A stretch of DNA of 29,492 bases from an uncultured bacterium. Its GTDB lineage: Bacteria; Abyssobacteria; SURF-5. Positions 13,187 to 22,378 of the stretch are shown here, piece after piece. The position numbers were made by a program, and so were the translations under genes. Under the pieces are notes generated by a model. It saw nothing but the letters and a program-made list of their open reading frames with translations. It was not told where the DNA came from and made no database searches. Position 1 is the first letter of the stretch. Each line of letters starts with the position of its first letter. The DNA lies in the NCBI GenBank assembly GCA_964510165.1, contig CAZEBC010000003.1, positions 28,611 to 58,102 of the forward strand, read 5' to 3'.

Positions 13187-15679
13187 ATGGAAAATAGGGT
13201 GTCCGGGCCAATTGTACGACTGTTTCTGTCTGTTCTTGTATTTGTTCTCACCGTCTTTCTCATCGTCCCATCCGTCTCGGCTCAACAAGGCGGGCCCGCT
13301 CCCGAGAACGCAGCTCAATACCAGAGCTACCTCGACAGCGCCGCCAAACTCATGGAGCAGGGGAACTACCGGGAAGCGATCGCCGAATTCAACCGCGCAC
13401 TGCTCCTCAACCCTGACTCTGAGGAGGCAAGACGGGGAATCATCAAGGCCAACCAGCAGATCGCAGCGCGTCAGGTCGCTCCAAGCTCCGCCGAGATCGA
13501 GGAGGACCGCGTCAAGTTCCATCTCTCCAAAGGCACCGAGTACTACGACGCTCAGAAGTATGACGAGGCTATCGCCGAATGGGAGCAGGTTCTCCAGATC
13601 GCTCCCGACAACCGTCTCGCGCTTTCCCTGATCGAGGCCGCAAAGCGAGCAAAAGTGGACCTGCTTATTGAACAGGGGCACGACAAGTTCTTCGACGGAT
13701 ACTATGATGAAGCCATTGCGATTTGGGAACAGGCCGCCAAGATCGTCCCGGCGAGCACCGTGCTCGAAGACCTGATAGCCGAGGCCAATAAGGCTCGCAA
13801 TGAGAGGGAAAAGGACCGCCTGGACGCAAAGCTGAAAGTCTTGATGCAGGGCATGGGAGAATACGCCACCAAGGAGGCCTTGCTGCCCGAGGGAGCCGAC
13901 TATGATGGCATCAAGAGAGAGGACGTCTCCCTCAGGCCGCCGCCCCGCAAGATCAAGGAGTTTGGGGCGAGAGAGGCTATCTTGAAGGAATTGTCGCAGC
14001 CGGTCGCCTTCGAGTTCGAGTGCGAATCGCTCCGAGAAGTCCTCAAGTTCCTGACTGAGATCACGGGAATCAATATCCTGGTTGACGAACAAATCTTCGA
14101 ACAGTTCGGGAAGGACGTGGATTGTTACGGAACCGAGGTGGACCGCAAGGAAATTTTCGTCACCATTCATGTCAGCGAACTTCCGCTCGAGTCGGCCTTG
14201 AACGGAATGCTCAGACAGCACGGCCTCGGTTTCTCGATCGAGCGCGATTTCATTTATGTCTCGACTCCCGACGTCCTGCGCGGCTCCTCCTTTGAGCAAC
14301 TCGAAACCCGCTTCTATCACATTAGAGACACCAGCAGGGTATCCCTTCCCAAGCTCGACACCCGCGGGACCACGGGCGGCGTCTCGCTCGGCGGACAAGC
14401 TTTGAACCTGGCCTCGGGGCAAACGCTTGTGGGCCGCGTCTCGGAAGTGCGAGGGTCCACCTTATTGGAAGTTGATCCCTACTGGGAGGCAATCTCGGTC
14501 CCGAAGCTGGTAAATATCCTCAGAACGTTTGTCCCCACCGTGCTCGACCCCACGAAGCAGGCCACCACCAGGCGCGCCGCGGTCGGACAGGACAGAATGT
14601 TTGGAGGATTGGAAAGTTCGGAGGACCAGGCCCGCCTCTTCGAGTCGCCCCGCATTCTGTGGGCCGATACCAGCGGCAGGGAAATACTCTCCCTGATCGA
14701 TTTTGACCCGCATACCAACATCCTTATCGTGCGCAACACACCTACCAACCTGGATATGGTGGAAGTGTTCCTTGACCACCTTGATCCCGAACCCCGGCAG
14801 ATTGCCGTCGAAGCGAAGTTCATCACCTACAATATGCTGGAGGCCAGAAAGGTGGGAATTGACTTCGAATTCGGAGGCCAGGGAGCGTTGGGTGGGGCTA
14901 TCCTCTCCTCGCAAACCGACGTGGAGGATCGGTCCACCGTTGAGCTCGGCTTGGATACCGATATAGGCGAAGGAATCACCGGGGCATTTTTGCCAGGGGG
15001 TCGCGGCGGGAATGTCGTATTCAAATTCTCCAAAGACGATGGCGATTTCCTCCAGACTACGATCAACTTGCTCGAGGAGTTGAGCAGCACTCAGGTCGTC
15101 TCCGCTCCCCGACTCGTCACCCTCAACAACAAGCCCGCCGTCATACAGGATGTTGAGACCCGCTCCTTCAGGAGCAACTTCAACGTCGAGCAGATCACGG
15201 TTCCGGTGGAAGGCGCGACGCCCGTCGTCAACGTCTCCGTCACACAGGAATTTACCGATGTGACCGACGGCATCACTCTTTCCATTACGCCCCAGATTCA
15301 AGCGGACAACTCGATTCGGTTGTTCATACTGCCTGATGTCGCCAGAATTGTGGCGGTGGACCAGTTCGACGTCACTACCTCCACCGGAGCCGTCGGTGGA
15401 GCAGGCACGGTAACGAACACCATCACGAGACCGCGAGTCGCCCGTCAGTCGATTTTCTCAAACGTCGTTCTGAACGACGGAGACACGATCGTGATCGGCG
15501 GTCTTATCGAGAACACCGAGAGTTACCAGAACACTGGCGTCCCCTTCTTCCAGGACATTCCGCTCCTCGGGCGATTCTTCGAAAATGAAACTGAAATTCA
15601 GAACATGCAGAACCTGCTCATCTTTATAACGGTCAATATCCTGGACAGTCGAGGAGTTGCTTACACGAGACTTAAGTAG
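13187..15679 (+). CDS. Outer-membrane secretin (PilQ/GspD family) with N-terminal TPRs
   Basis: Signal peptide, TPR repeats, N0/N3-like segments (NILIVRNTP), secretin motifs QIAVEAKF, SAPRLVTLNNKPA, GITLSITPQI, DGDTIVIGGL, GVPFFQDIPLLGRFF. GGAGGAGG precedes ATG 13187. Confidence 0.9.
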   Translation: MENRVSGPIVRLFLSVLVFVLTVFLIVPSVSAQQGGPAPENAAQYQSYLDSAAKLMEQGNYREAIAEFNRALLLNPDSEEARRGIIKANQQIAARQVAPSSAEIEEDRVKFHLSKGTEYYDAQKYDEAIAEWEQVLQIAPDNRLALSLIEAAKRAKVDLLIEQGHDKFFDGYYDEAIAIWEQAAKIVPASTVLEDLIAEANKARNEREKDRLDAKLKVLMQGMGEYATKEALLPEGADYDGIKREDVSLRPPPRKIKEFGAREAILKELSQPVAFEFECESLREVLKFLTEITGINILVDEQIFEQFGKDVDCYGTEVDRKEIFVTIHVSELPLESALNGMLRQHGLGFSIERDFIYVSTPDVLRGSSFEQLETRFYHIRDTSRVSLPKLDTRGTTGGVSLGGQALNLASGQTLVGRVSEVRGSTLLEVDPYWEAISVPKLVNILRTFVPTVLDPTKQATTRRAAVGQDRMFGGLESSEDQARLFESPRILWADTSGREILSLIDFDPHTNILIVRNTPTNLDMVEVFLDHLDPEPRQIAVEAKFITYNMLEARKVGIDFEFGGQGALGGAILSSQTDVEDRSTVELGLDTDIGEGITGAFLPGGRGGNVVFKFSKDDGDFLQTTINLLEELSSTQVVSAPRLVTLNNKPAVIQDVETRSFRSNFNVEQITVPVEGATPVVNVSVTQEFTDVTDGITLSITPQIQADNSIRLFILPDVARIVAVDQFDVTTSTGAVGGAGTVTNTITRPRVARQSIFSNVVLNDGDTIVIGGLIENTESYQNTGVPFFQDIPLLGRFFENETEIQNMQNLLIFITVNILDSRGVAYTRLK

Positions 15680-15696
15680 GTTCGGCTTGAACCCTC

Positions 15697-15735
15697 CGCC
15701 CCCACGCCCCGAGACACGGCCGTGGGGGCGTTCGT
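15697..15735 (+). terminator. GC-rich hairpin, possible weak terminator or stabiliser after secretin
   Basis: CGCCCCCACG (15697-15706) / CGTGGGGGCG (15721-15730) perfect 10-bp stem; only a weak T tract follows. Confidence 0.45.
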
Positions 15736-15763
15736 ATGCCTTATCGCGGGAGGGGCCGACAGC

Positions 15764-17077
15764 ATGAGAGAACACTCTCCTGAGCTAACGACCCCGGCAG
15801 TCTCATTCAAGGCATATACCTTGGCGCTTGGCGCCGGCCTCCTCATCTTCTCTCCTTATGCCCTCTTGAGGATGATCCGCACGCCGGCCTATCGCGCCGG
15901 CATCGCTCAGAGACTCTCGCTTCACATCGCCGCCCCCCAAAACGCGCGCAACGGCGGTCCCGTATGGATTCAAGCAGTCTCGATGGGAGAAGTCAATTCC
16001 GTCATCCCACTGGTTCGTCGAATCAGTTCCGCCTGCAAAGCAGGCGTGTTCTTCACCACTACCACTCAGACCGGCTACTCCGTTGCAAGGCAGAAACTGG
16101 GAAACCACGACACGATCTCGTACTTCCCGCTGGATTTGGGTTTTATCGTGAAGCGGGTCCTCGGCCAAGTAAAGCCCCGCGTCATAATTCTCTTTGAGAC
16201 CGAACTGTGGCCAAACCTTATCCGAACGGCCACGGCGCTTCGGACACCCGTTTTGCTGATCAACGGAAGGCTCTCCCAGAGGTCCTTCAGATTCTACAGG
16301 CTCATGTCGCGAACCTTCGCGGAAGCGATTTCGAGGATAAGCTTTGCAGGGATGCAGTCTCGAGCCGACGCCGACAGAATACTGGCGCTCGGGGCGCGCA
16401 CCGAGGCCGTCAGCGTGTGCGGAAATGTCAAGTTCGACTTGGTTCCGCCGACGGTCTCCCCGCAGGAAACGGCAGAGTTGCGCCGCGCGCTCGCGCTCGG
16501 CGATGCCCCCGTGATAGTCGCCGGAAGCACGCATGAGGGCGAAGAGCGCGTCCTCCTGGCAGCCTATCGCGAGCTGCGCGGGAAACTGCCGAATGTCCGA
16601 CTGCTGCTGGCGCCGCGGCATCCGGAACGATTCGACAGCGTGGAAGCGATGGCGCGCGACTTCGGATTCGCCGTCCACAGGAGGAGCCGGCCCGGCGCCG
16701 AAACCTCAAACCCCGACACCGTGGTGCTTCTGGACACGATCGGCGAACTCGCACGAATGTATTCTCTGGCGTCGGTTGCCTTCGTGGGCGGAAGCCTCGC
16801 GAAGATCGGAGGACACAATATCATCGAACCCGCATCAATGAGGAAAGCGGTTCTGTTCGGCCCCCATATGCATCATTTCGAAGATGTGAAAGAGGCGTTC
16901 CTTTCGGAAGGCGCCGCAATCTGCGTGGGCAACGAGAGAGATTTGCTCGCCACCCTCGCGCATCTGCTCGAGGAGCCGGTGGAAGCCAGACGGCTGGGCG
17001 AGGCCGCCAGGAAGGTTGTCGAAGCAAACCAGGGCGCCACCGACCGGTACTTCCGGGCCATCGAGAAATATCTATAG
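15764..17077 (+). CDS. waaA: 3-deoxy-D-manno-octulosonic acid (Kdo) transferase
   Basis: WIQAVSMGE, ETELWPN, INGRLS, GNVKFD, AGSTHEGEE, APRHPER, DTIGEL, GGHNIIEP. GGGAGG precedes ATG 15764. Confidence 0.93.
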   Translation: MREHSPELTTPAVSFKAYTLALGAGLLIFSPYALLRMIRTPAYRAGIAQRLSLHIAAPQNARNGGPVWIQAVSMGEVNSVIPLVRRISSACKAGVFFTTTTQTGYSVARQKLGNHDTISYFPLDLGFIVKRVLGQVKPRVIILFETELWPNLIRTATALRTPVLLINGRLSQRSFRFYRLMSRTFAEAISRISFAGMQSRADADRILALGARTEAVSVCGNVKFDLVPPTVSPQETAELRRALALGDAPVIVAGSTHEGEERVLLAAYRELRGKLPNVRLLLAPRHPERFDSVEAMARDFGFAVHRRSRPGAETSNPDTVVLLDTIGELARMYSLASVAFVGGSLAKIGGHNIIEPASMRKAVLFGPHMHHFEDVKEAFLSEGAAICVGNERDLLATLAHLLEEPVEARRLGEAARKVVEANQGATDRYFRAIEKYL

Positions 17078-17079
17078 AG

Positions 17080-19188
17080 ATGGACGCTACCATTCTTTCC
17101 GCAAGATCCTCCAGGAGATGGCTCCTCGCGGCCCTTCTGACGATTCTCATTTTCCTCACCTTCTGCAACAGTCTCTCCAACGGATTTGTGTTCGACGACG
17201 TCTCCATGATAAGAAACAACCCCGCCATACGAGACATCAAATACGTAAGGCTCTTCTTCAAGCGCCCTTTCTTCTCGGTGGGCCAACCGGTCGCCGGTCC
17301 TGTCGTGTATGACTACTATCGGCCGCTCGTGCTGGTGTCATATCTCGCCGATTACCACATCTGGAAATTGAACGCATCGGGATATCATCTCTCAAACATA
17401 CTCATGCAGTCGGCAGCGGGCCTGCTTTGTTTCGCACTGGTGTCGAGGTTGGGACTCGGCCCGACAGGCTCATTCCTGGCCGCGGCCATATTCTCAGTCC
17501 ATCCGGCTCTCGCCGATGAGGTGGCCGGAGTGTCCGGTCGGTCCGACCCACTGCTTGCCATCTTCTACCTCTCCAGCATCTACTGCTATGTCTCCTTTCG
17601 CCGGAACGGAAAGACAACGCTGCTTCTCTCCTCGTATCTCGCGTTAATGGCCGCATTGCTCACCAAAGAGAATGCCATTGCTGTCCCGCTCATACTTTCG
17701 GCGTATGAATTGATTTTGCCCGGCGGAACCCCTGACCTTCGGCGCAAACCTGCCTTACTGGCGCCACTCTTCTTGATAACACTCGGATACTTTCTCTGGA
17801 GAGCACAAGTGGTCCCGACCTCCTTCGCGCCACCCGAAACGTCCGAACTCGCGCAAAGAATCGCCGCCGCTGGCCGGTTCGGCGGTTCGTGTCTATTGAT
17901 GATGGTATTCCCTGTCGGAATCGGTTTTGAGACGTTCACTCCGTTGGCTCAAACGCTCACCGTTGGAGCTTTTGTTCCCGCTCTCGTTCTTTTGGCCATA
18001 CTGGCGGCAGCGATCCTGGCCCGAAAGAAGGCGCCGCACATCAGCTTTTTCGCAATCTGGTTCCTGGCCGGCCTGAGCCCCTTCGCCTATCTCTTCTTGT
18101 TTCATCCGGAACCGGAGTTCTTCACCCCGCCCCATTTCCTGTATTTCCCTTCAGTGGGTCTTGCGGCCATCTGGGGGATGAGCCTGACCGCCGCAACAAG
18201 ATGGATGACGGACAAATCAGCCTGGCAAAGGAAAGCCGCTTTGGCTTTGCCGGCTCTTATCCTGCTCCTATTCTGCGCACATACGATACGAAGAAACACC
18301 GTCTGGCGGGATGATCTCACTTTCTTCTCCGCGATGGCCCGATATGCGCCGGACAGCCCACGAATTCACATAGGGCTTGCAGGCGCATATCTGAGCGCCG
18401 GCCGCCCCGGCGAGGCGTTGGCCGAATATGCGCGAGCCTATGAACTGACCCGCCGTACCGGCACTCATCAGACAACCGTTAGCGAGAACGGAAAAGAGGG
18501 ACAACTCGTGATCGCGGACCACTACGCGGCGACTGCCTTGGCCGGGATGGGTGACGCCTACCGTGCCCTCGGAGAGCCGGAAAACTCACTGGTCAGATAC
18601 GAAATGGCAGTTCGGGAAAATGCGTTCGACGCAGCCCTCCGTCTCAGGCTCGGACGCGCCTACGAGCATGTGGGCCGCTTCGACGACGCCATAGCCAGCT
18701 ACGAGCGCGCGTTGCGGATTGACCGCAACATGCAGCCGGCGGCGTCCTCCCTCAACATTTCACGCGCCAAGAAGGAGGCCTATGAGCAAGCCCGCCGCAT
18801 TCATCTCACGGCTGTCAAGGCCGGCCGGGAGGACTCGGCGGAGGCGCTGTACGGCGAAGCCGTTCTCCTCCGCTTAAGCGGGAAACCAGACGCCGCAATC
18901 GTCTTGCTGAGACGGGCGCTTCTCAAGGACCCTTCGCATTTCGGCGTGAACCTCGCGCTCGGCCAGCTTCTTTCCGACAAGGGCAGGCACGAGGACGCCC
19001 TCGCATGCTTCAGCGCCGCATTCGCAAGTCAGCCCACATCGGCATTGGCGGCCTATGAAATCGCCCTCTCAAGCCTTGCGCTCGGAGACAGCCGTGCCGC
19101 CGAACTCTGGGCGGAAAAAGCCTTCGAGCTTGAGCCCGACGAGTTGTACGAACGCTTGTTGGAGGATATACGGAGGCGGAAGCAGTAA
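17080..19188 (+). CDS. TMTC-like membrane glycosyltransferase (GT-C) with C-terminal TPRs
   Basis: GFVFDD..IRNNP, YYRPL, GYHLSN, HP...V..VSGR, KENA, YFPS and RNTVWRD motifs; many TM helices; TPR tail. Confidence 0.75.
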   Translation: MDATILSARSSRRWLLAALLTILIFLTFCNSLSNGFVFDDVSMIRNNPAIRDIKYVRLFFKRPFFSVGQPVAGPVVYDYYRPLVLVSYLADYHIWKLNASGYHLSNILMQSAAGLLCFALVSRLGLGPTGSFLAAAIFSVHPALADEVAGVSGRSDPLLAIFYLSSIYCYVSFRRNGKTTLLLSSYLALMAALLTKENAIAVPLILSAYELILPGGTPDLRRKPALLAPLFLITLGYFLWRAQVVPTSFAPPETSELAQRIAAAGRFGGSCLLMMVFPVGIGFETFTPLAQTLTVGAFVPALVLLAILAAAILARKKAPHISFFAIWFLAGLSPFAYLFLFHPEPEFFTPPHFLYFPSVGLAAIWGMSLTAATRWMTDKSAWQRKAALALPALILLLFCAHTIRRNTVWRDDLTFFSAMARYAPDSPRIHIGLAGAYLSAGRPGEALAEYARAYELTRRTGTHQTTVSENGKEGQLVIADHYAATALAGMGDAYRALGEPENSLVRYEMAVRENAFDAALRLRLGRAYEHVGRFDDAIASYERALRIDRNMQPAASSLNISRAKKEAYEQARRIHLTAVKAGREDSAEALYGEAVLLRLSGKPDAAIVLLRRALLKDPSHFGVNLALGQLLSDKGRHEDALACFSAAFASQPTSALAAYEIALSSLALGDSRAAELWAEKAFELEPDELYERLLEDIRRRKQ

Positions 19189-19201
19189 ACGGCAGGCAAG
19201 C

Positions 19202-20158
19202 CTACATCGTGCGGCCCGAACCCTTTTCGAGGAACCACTTCACTGTACGCCGCAGCCCTTCTTCGAACCCCACCAGCGGCTTGTAACCCAGGTCTCTCTT
19301 TCCGAGAGCTATGTCGGCGAGCGAATCCCTCACATCGCCGCTCCTCGGCTGTGTGTATCGTGGTCTTATGTCTTTGCCCAGTATCTCGCACAGATTTCTG
19401 ACGAGACGGTTTATGGAATAACGCTCGCCGCAGGCGACGTTGAATACTTTCCCCGCCACCCGCTCCGCTGCCGCCTTGCATGCGAGGATATTCGCTGAGA
19501 CTGCATTATCCACGTAGCAAAAATCGCGCGACTGCTCGCCGTCGCCATGCACGGTGGCAGGTCGCCCCTCCATCATCGCCGCGATGAATATGGGGATGAC
19601 TGCCGCGTATGGCGAATCGGGGTTCTGCCCCGGACCGAAGACATTGAAGTATCTCAGGCACACGGTGGGCAATCCATAAAGCGCGTGAAATTGCCGGCTG
19701 TACAACTCGCCCGCCAGCTTGTTGATGGCATAGGGCGAGAGCGGACTGGGCTGCATGTCCTCGCGTTTGGGCAACACGGGCGAGTTCCCGTACACTGACG
19801 ACGACGAAGCGTACACAAACCTCTTCACCCCGGCATCTCTGGCCGCCACCAGCGCATTAAGCGTCCCGTTCACATTGATGTCGTTGCTCGTAACGGGGTC
19901 CTCTATCGAGCGCGGGACCGACGGCAGCGCCGCCTGGTGCAAGCAGTAGTCCACCCCCCGCATGACTTCTCTCATCAGCCCGAGATCGCGTATATCGCCC
20001 TCTATCAGGTCTATCCGATCCATCACCCCACGGAGGTTTTCGCGTGAACCGGTGAGAAAGTTGTCAATCACCCTCACTTTCTCGCCCTGCGCCACGAGGT
20101 GGTTCACCACATGCGAACCTATGAAGCCCGCGCCTCCCGTCACCAGATACGTCGGCAT
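19202..20158 (-). CDS. NAD-dependent nucleotide-sugar epimerase (WbpP-like UDP-GlcNAc/GalNAc 4-epimerase family)
   Basis: TGGAGFIGSH, HQAALPSVPRSI, SSSSVYG, YAINK, RYFNVFGP. Confidence 0.88.
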   Translation of the reverse strand: MPTYLVTGGAGFIGSHVVNHLVAQGEKVRVIDNFLTGSRENLRGVMDRIDLIEGDIRDLGLMREVMRGVDYCLHQAALPSVPRSIEDPVTSNDINVNGTLNALVAARDAGVKRFVYASSSSVYGNSPVLPKREDMQPSPLSPYAINKLAGELYSRQFHALYGLPTVCLRYFNVFGPGQNPDSPYAAVIPIFIAAMMEGRPATVHGDGEQSRDFCYVDNAVSANILACKAAAERVAGKVFNVACGERYSINRLVRNLCEILGKDIRPRYTQPRSGDVRDSLADIALGKRDLGYKPLVGFEEGLRRTVKWFLEKGSGRTM

Positions 20159-20177
20159 CCCTTACCCGCTCTTTCCC

Positions 20178-22007
20178 CTATTCGACAGTGACGCTCTTCG
20201 CCAGGTTCCTCGGCTGGTCCACGTCCAACCCCTTGATAATCGTAATATAATAGGCAAGCAACTGCAATGGAATCACCGTCAGCAGCGGGCTCAACGCCTC
20301 CTGAATCTCGGGAACATTGATAACATGGCTGCTGTGCGACGCGATCTCATGGTTCCCCACTGTTGCAACCGCTACCAGGACGCCCTTGCGCGCGCGTATC
20401 TCCTGCATGTTGCTCAGCATCTTCTCGTAAACCTTTCCTGAAGGAGCGAGACATACCACAGGAAAAGAGTCATCGACGAGCGCTATCGGCCCATGCTTCA
20501 TCTCACCCGCGCTGCAACCCTCGGCGTGAATATAGGAAAGTTCCTTCAGCTTCAGGGCGCCTTCAAGCGCATTGGGGTAGTTATAACCCCGGCCCAGGTA
20601 GAGAAAGCTGGAGACGTTGCTGAACCTCTTCGCGCATTCCTTCACAGGTTCGTGATTATCCAGAATCCACCGCATCTTCTCCGGCGCCGATCGCAATCCC
20701 TGAATCAAATCTGAATGCACTTCTTGAGCGAGGACGCCCCTCTTCCTTCCCAAATACAGCGAAAACAACAAGAGCGCCAATAACTGGGCAGTGTATGCCT
20801 TGGTCGATGCCACCGCGATCTCCGGCCCCGCATACACGTAAATCGTGGAATCCGATTCCCGATCAATGCTGCTGCCCTCAACGTTGATGAACGACAATAC
20901 TTTCGCCCCCCGTGCGTGGGCCTCCTTCAGTCCGGCGAGTGTGTCCGCGGTTTCGCCCGACTGCGAGATTGTTATCACCAGGCTGTTCTTGGTGAGCACA
21001 GGGTTGCGGTAGCGAAATTCGCTGGCGACGTCGACCTCTACCGGAATACGCGCGAAATTCTCCAGGTAATACTTGCCGACCATGCTCGCATGGCATGCCG
21101 TGCCGCATGACACCATCGCGATCCGATCGACCTTCGCCAGGTCAAGCCGGTCCAGCTTAGCCTCCATGAAGTCTATCTCGCCGGTCGTCGGCGATAGCCT
21201 CCTCATCAGAACATCGGCAACCAATGACGGCTGCTCGTGTATCTCCTTTATCATGAAATGGGGGTGTCCGCCTTTCTCGATGTCCGTAAGGTCGAGCGTG
21301 ACCTCCTTCACGGCGGGCCGACACTCCTTCCCCTCGATATCACAAACCAGCATCCGCTTCGCGTCGAGTCGGACCGCCTGAAAATCATCGAGAAAGACCA
21401 CCTTGCGCGTATGCTCGAGAATGGCCGACGTGTCCGAGGCCACAAGGCCAAAACCGTCCCCGTAGCCGACCACCAATGGGCTGCCGTTCCGCGCCGCCAC
21501 GATTACCCCCGGCTCATGCGCTGAAATTACCGCCAGCGCATAAGCCCCTTTCAGCTTGCGCATCGAAGCCAGCAAGGCTTTCAGCAAATCGCCCGAATAG
21601 TTCTCCTCGATCAAGTGCACCACGGTCTCGGTGTCGGTTTCTGAAACTAGCTTGTGGCCCTTTGCTATCAGATCCTGCCTGAGTTCGCCATAATTCTCGA
21701 TAATTCCGTTGTGAACAAGGGTGAAACACCCGGAGCAGTCCTGATGGGGATGCGCATTGACTTGCGAGGGAACTCCATGAGTGGCCCAGCGTGTATGCCC
21801 TATTCCCGTGGTCCCTGTGAGGGTGTTCTCGCCCAAACGCGCGCGAAGAACCTTGAGCTTGCCCACTTCTTTGACAACATGAATCCTCGATTCGTTGATT
21901 ACCGCGACGCCGGCGGAATCATATCCGCGGTACTCCAGCCGCCTCAGACCCTCAAGTATGATGGGAGTCGCCTGCCGGGCGCCCACATAGCCGACTATTC
22001 CGCACAT
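20178..22007 (-). CDS. glmS: Glutamine--fructose-6-phosphate transaminase (isomerizing)
   Basis: MCGIVG, LEYRGYDSAG, GHTRWATHG, SQSGETADT, EMKHGP, PRNLAKSVTVE. Confidence 0.98.
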   Translation of the reverse strand: MCGIVGYVGARQATPIILEGLRRLEYRGYDSAGVAVINESRIHVVKEVGKLKVLRARLGENTLTGTTGIGHTRWATHGVPSQVNAHPHQDCSGCFTLVHNGIIENYGELRQDLIAKGHKLVSETDTETVVHLIEENYSGDLLKALLASMRKLKGAYALAVISAHEPGVIVAARNGSPLVVGYGDGFGLVASDTSAILEHTRKVVFLDDFQAVRLDAKRMLVCDIEGKECRPAVKEVTLDLTDIEKGGHPHFMIKEIHEQPSLVADVLMRRLSPTTGEIDFMEAKLDRLDLAKVDRIAMVSCGTACHASMVGKYYLENFARIPVEVDVASEFRYRNPVLTKNSLVITISQSGETADTLAGLKEAHARGAKVLSFINVEGSSIDRESDSTIYVYAGPEIAVASTKAYTAQLLALLLFSLYLGRKRGVLAQEVHSDLIQGLRSAPEKMRWILDNHEPVKECAKRFSNVSSFLYLGRGYNYPNALEGALKLKELSYIHAEGCSAGEMKHGPIALVDDSFPVVCLAPSGKVYEKMLSNMQEIRARKGVLVAVATVGNHEIASHSSHVINVPEIQEALSPLLTVIPLQLLAYYITIIKGLDVDQPRNLAKSVTVE

Positions 22008-22074
22008 GCTAATCCTCGCCTCGCATTTGTCGCCGCATATTAGTATGGATTTTACTAAGCCTGCAATAACGATT

Positions 22075-22104
22075 ATTATAAAGTACCAGAAGGCGCCTTG
22101 TCAA
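22075..22104 (-). promoter_or_regulatory. Near-consensus sigma70 promoter for glmS
   Basis: Minus strand TTGACA (22104-22099), 18 nt, TATAAT (22080-22075). Confidence 0.75.
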
Positions 22105-22118
22105 AGTTAACGCCCAGA

Positions 22119-22349
22119 TTATTCCAGCACCAGGCTCGTCGAGGTGCTCGCGATGCCATCAATCTTGCGCAATTCCTCCACGATCGTCCTCAGCAACGAC
22201 TCGTAACTCGTGGATACGACCACCGCGATGATGTCCTGATCACCCGTCGTCAAGTCCGCGGATGTCACCGCGTGCAGCTTTCTGAGCTGCTCGCAGACCT
22301 CCCTTTCCTTCCCCGCCTCCACATTGATCTTCAGGTAAGCCTTCGCCAT
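22119..22349 (-). CDS. Stand-alone Lrp/AsnC ligand-binding (RAM) domain protein
   Basis: AYLKINVEAGKE..V..TTGDQDIIAVV..LRKIDGIASTSTSLV; no HTH. ATG 22349 is preceded by GGGGGTGAG. Confidence 0.85.
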   Translation of the reverse strand: MAKAYLKINVEAGKEREVCEQLRKLHAVTSADLTTGDQDIIAVVVSTSYESLLRTIVEELRKIDGIASTSTSLVLE

Positions 22350-22378
22350 GCGTCTCACCCCCGTTCTGGCTCTTCGGT

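Noticed and set aside
10321-14422. Long antisense ORFs (752 aa at 10321-12579, 569 aa at 12713-14422) and similar shadow ORFs elsewhere, e.g. 27431-28819
   Set aside because: They mirror well-supported genes, are expected with GC-rich codon bias, and show no recognisable motifs.
22008-22118. glmS ribozyme
   Set aside because: The leader downstream of the promoter is only ~60 nt and I see no conserved ribozyme core.
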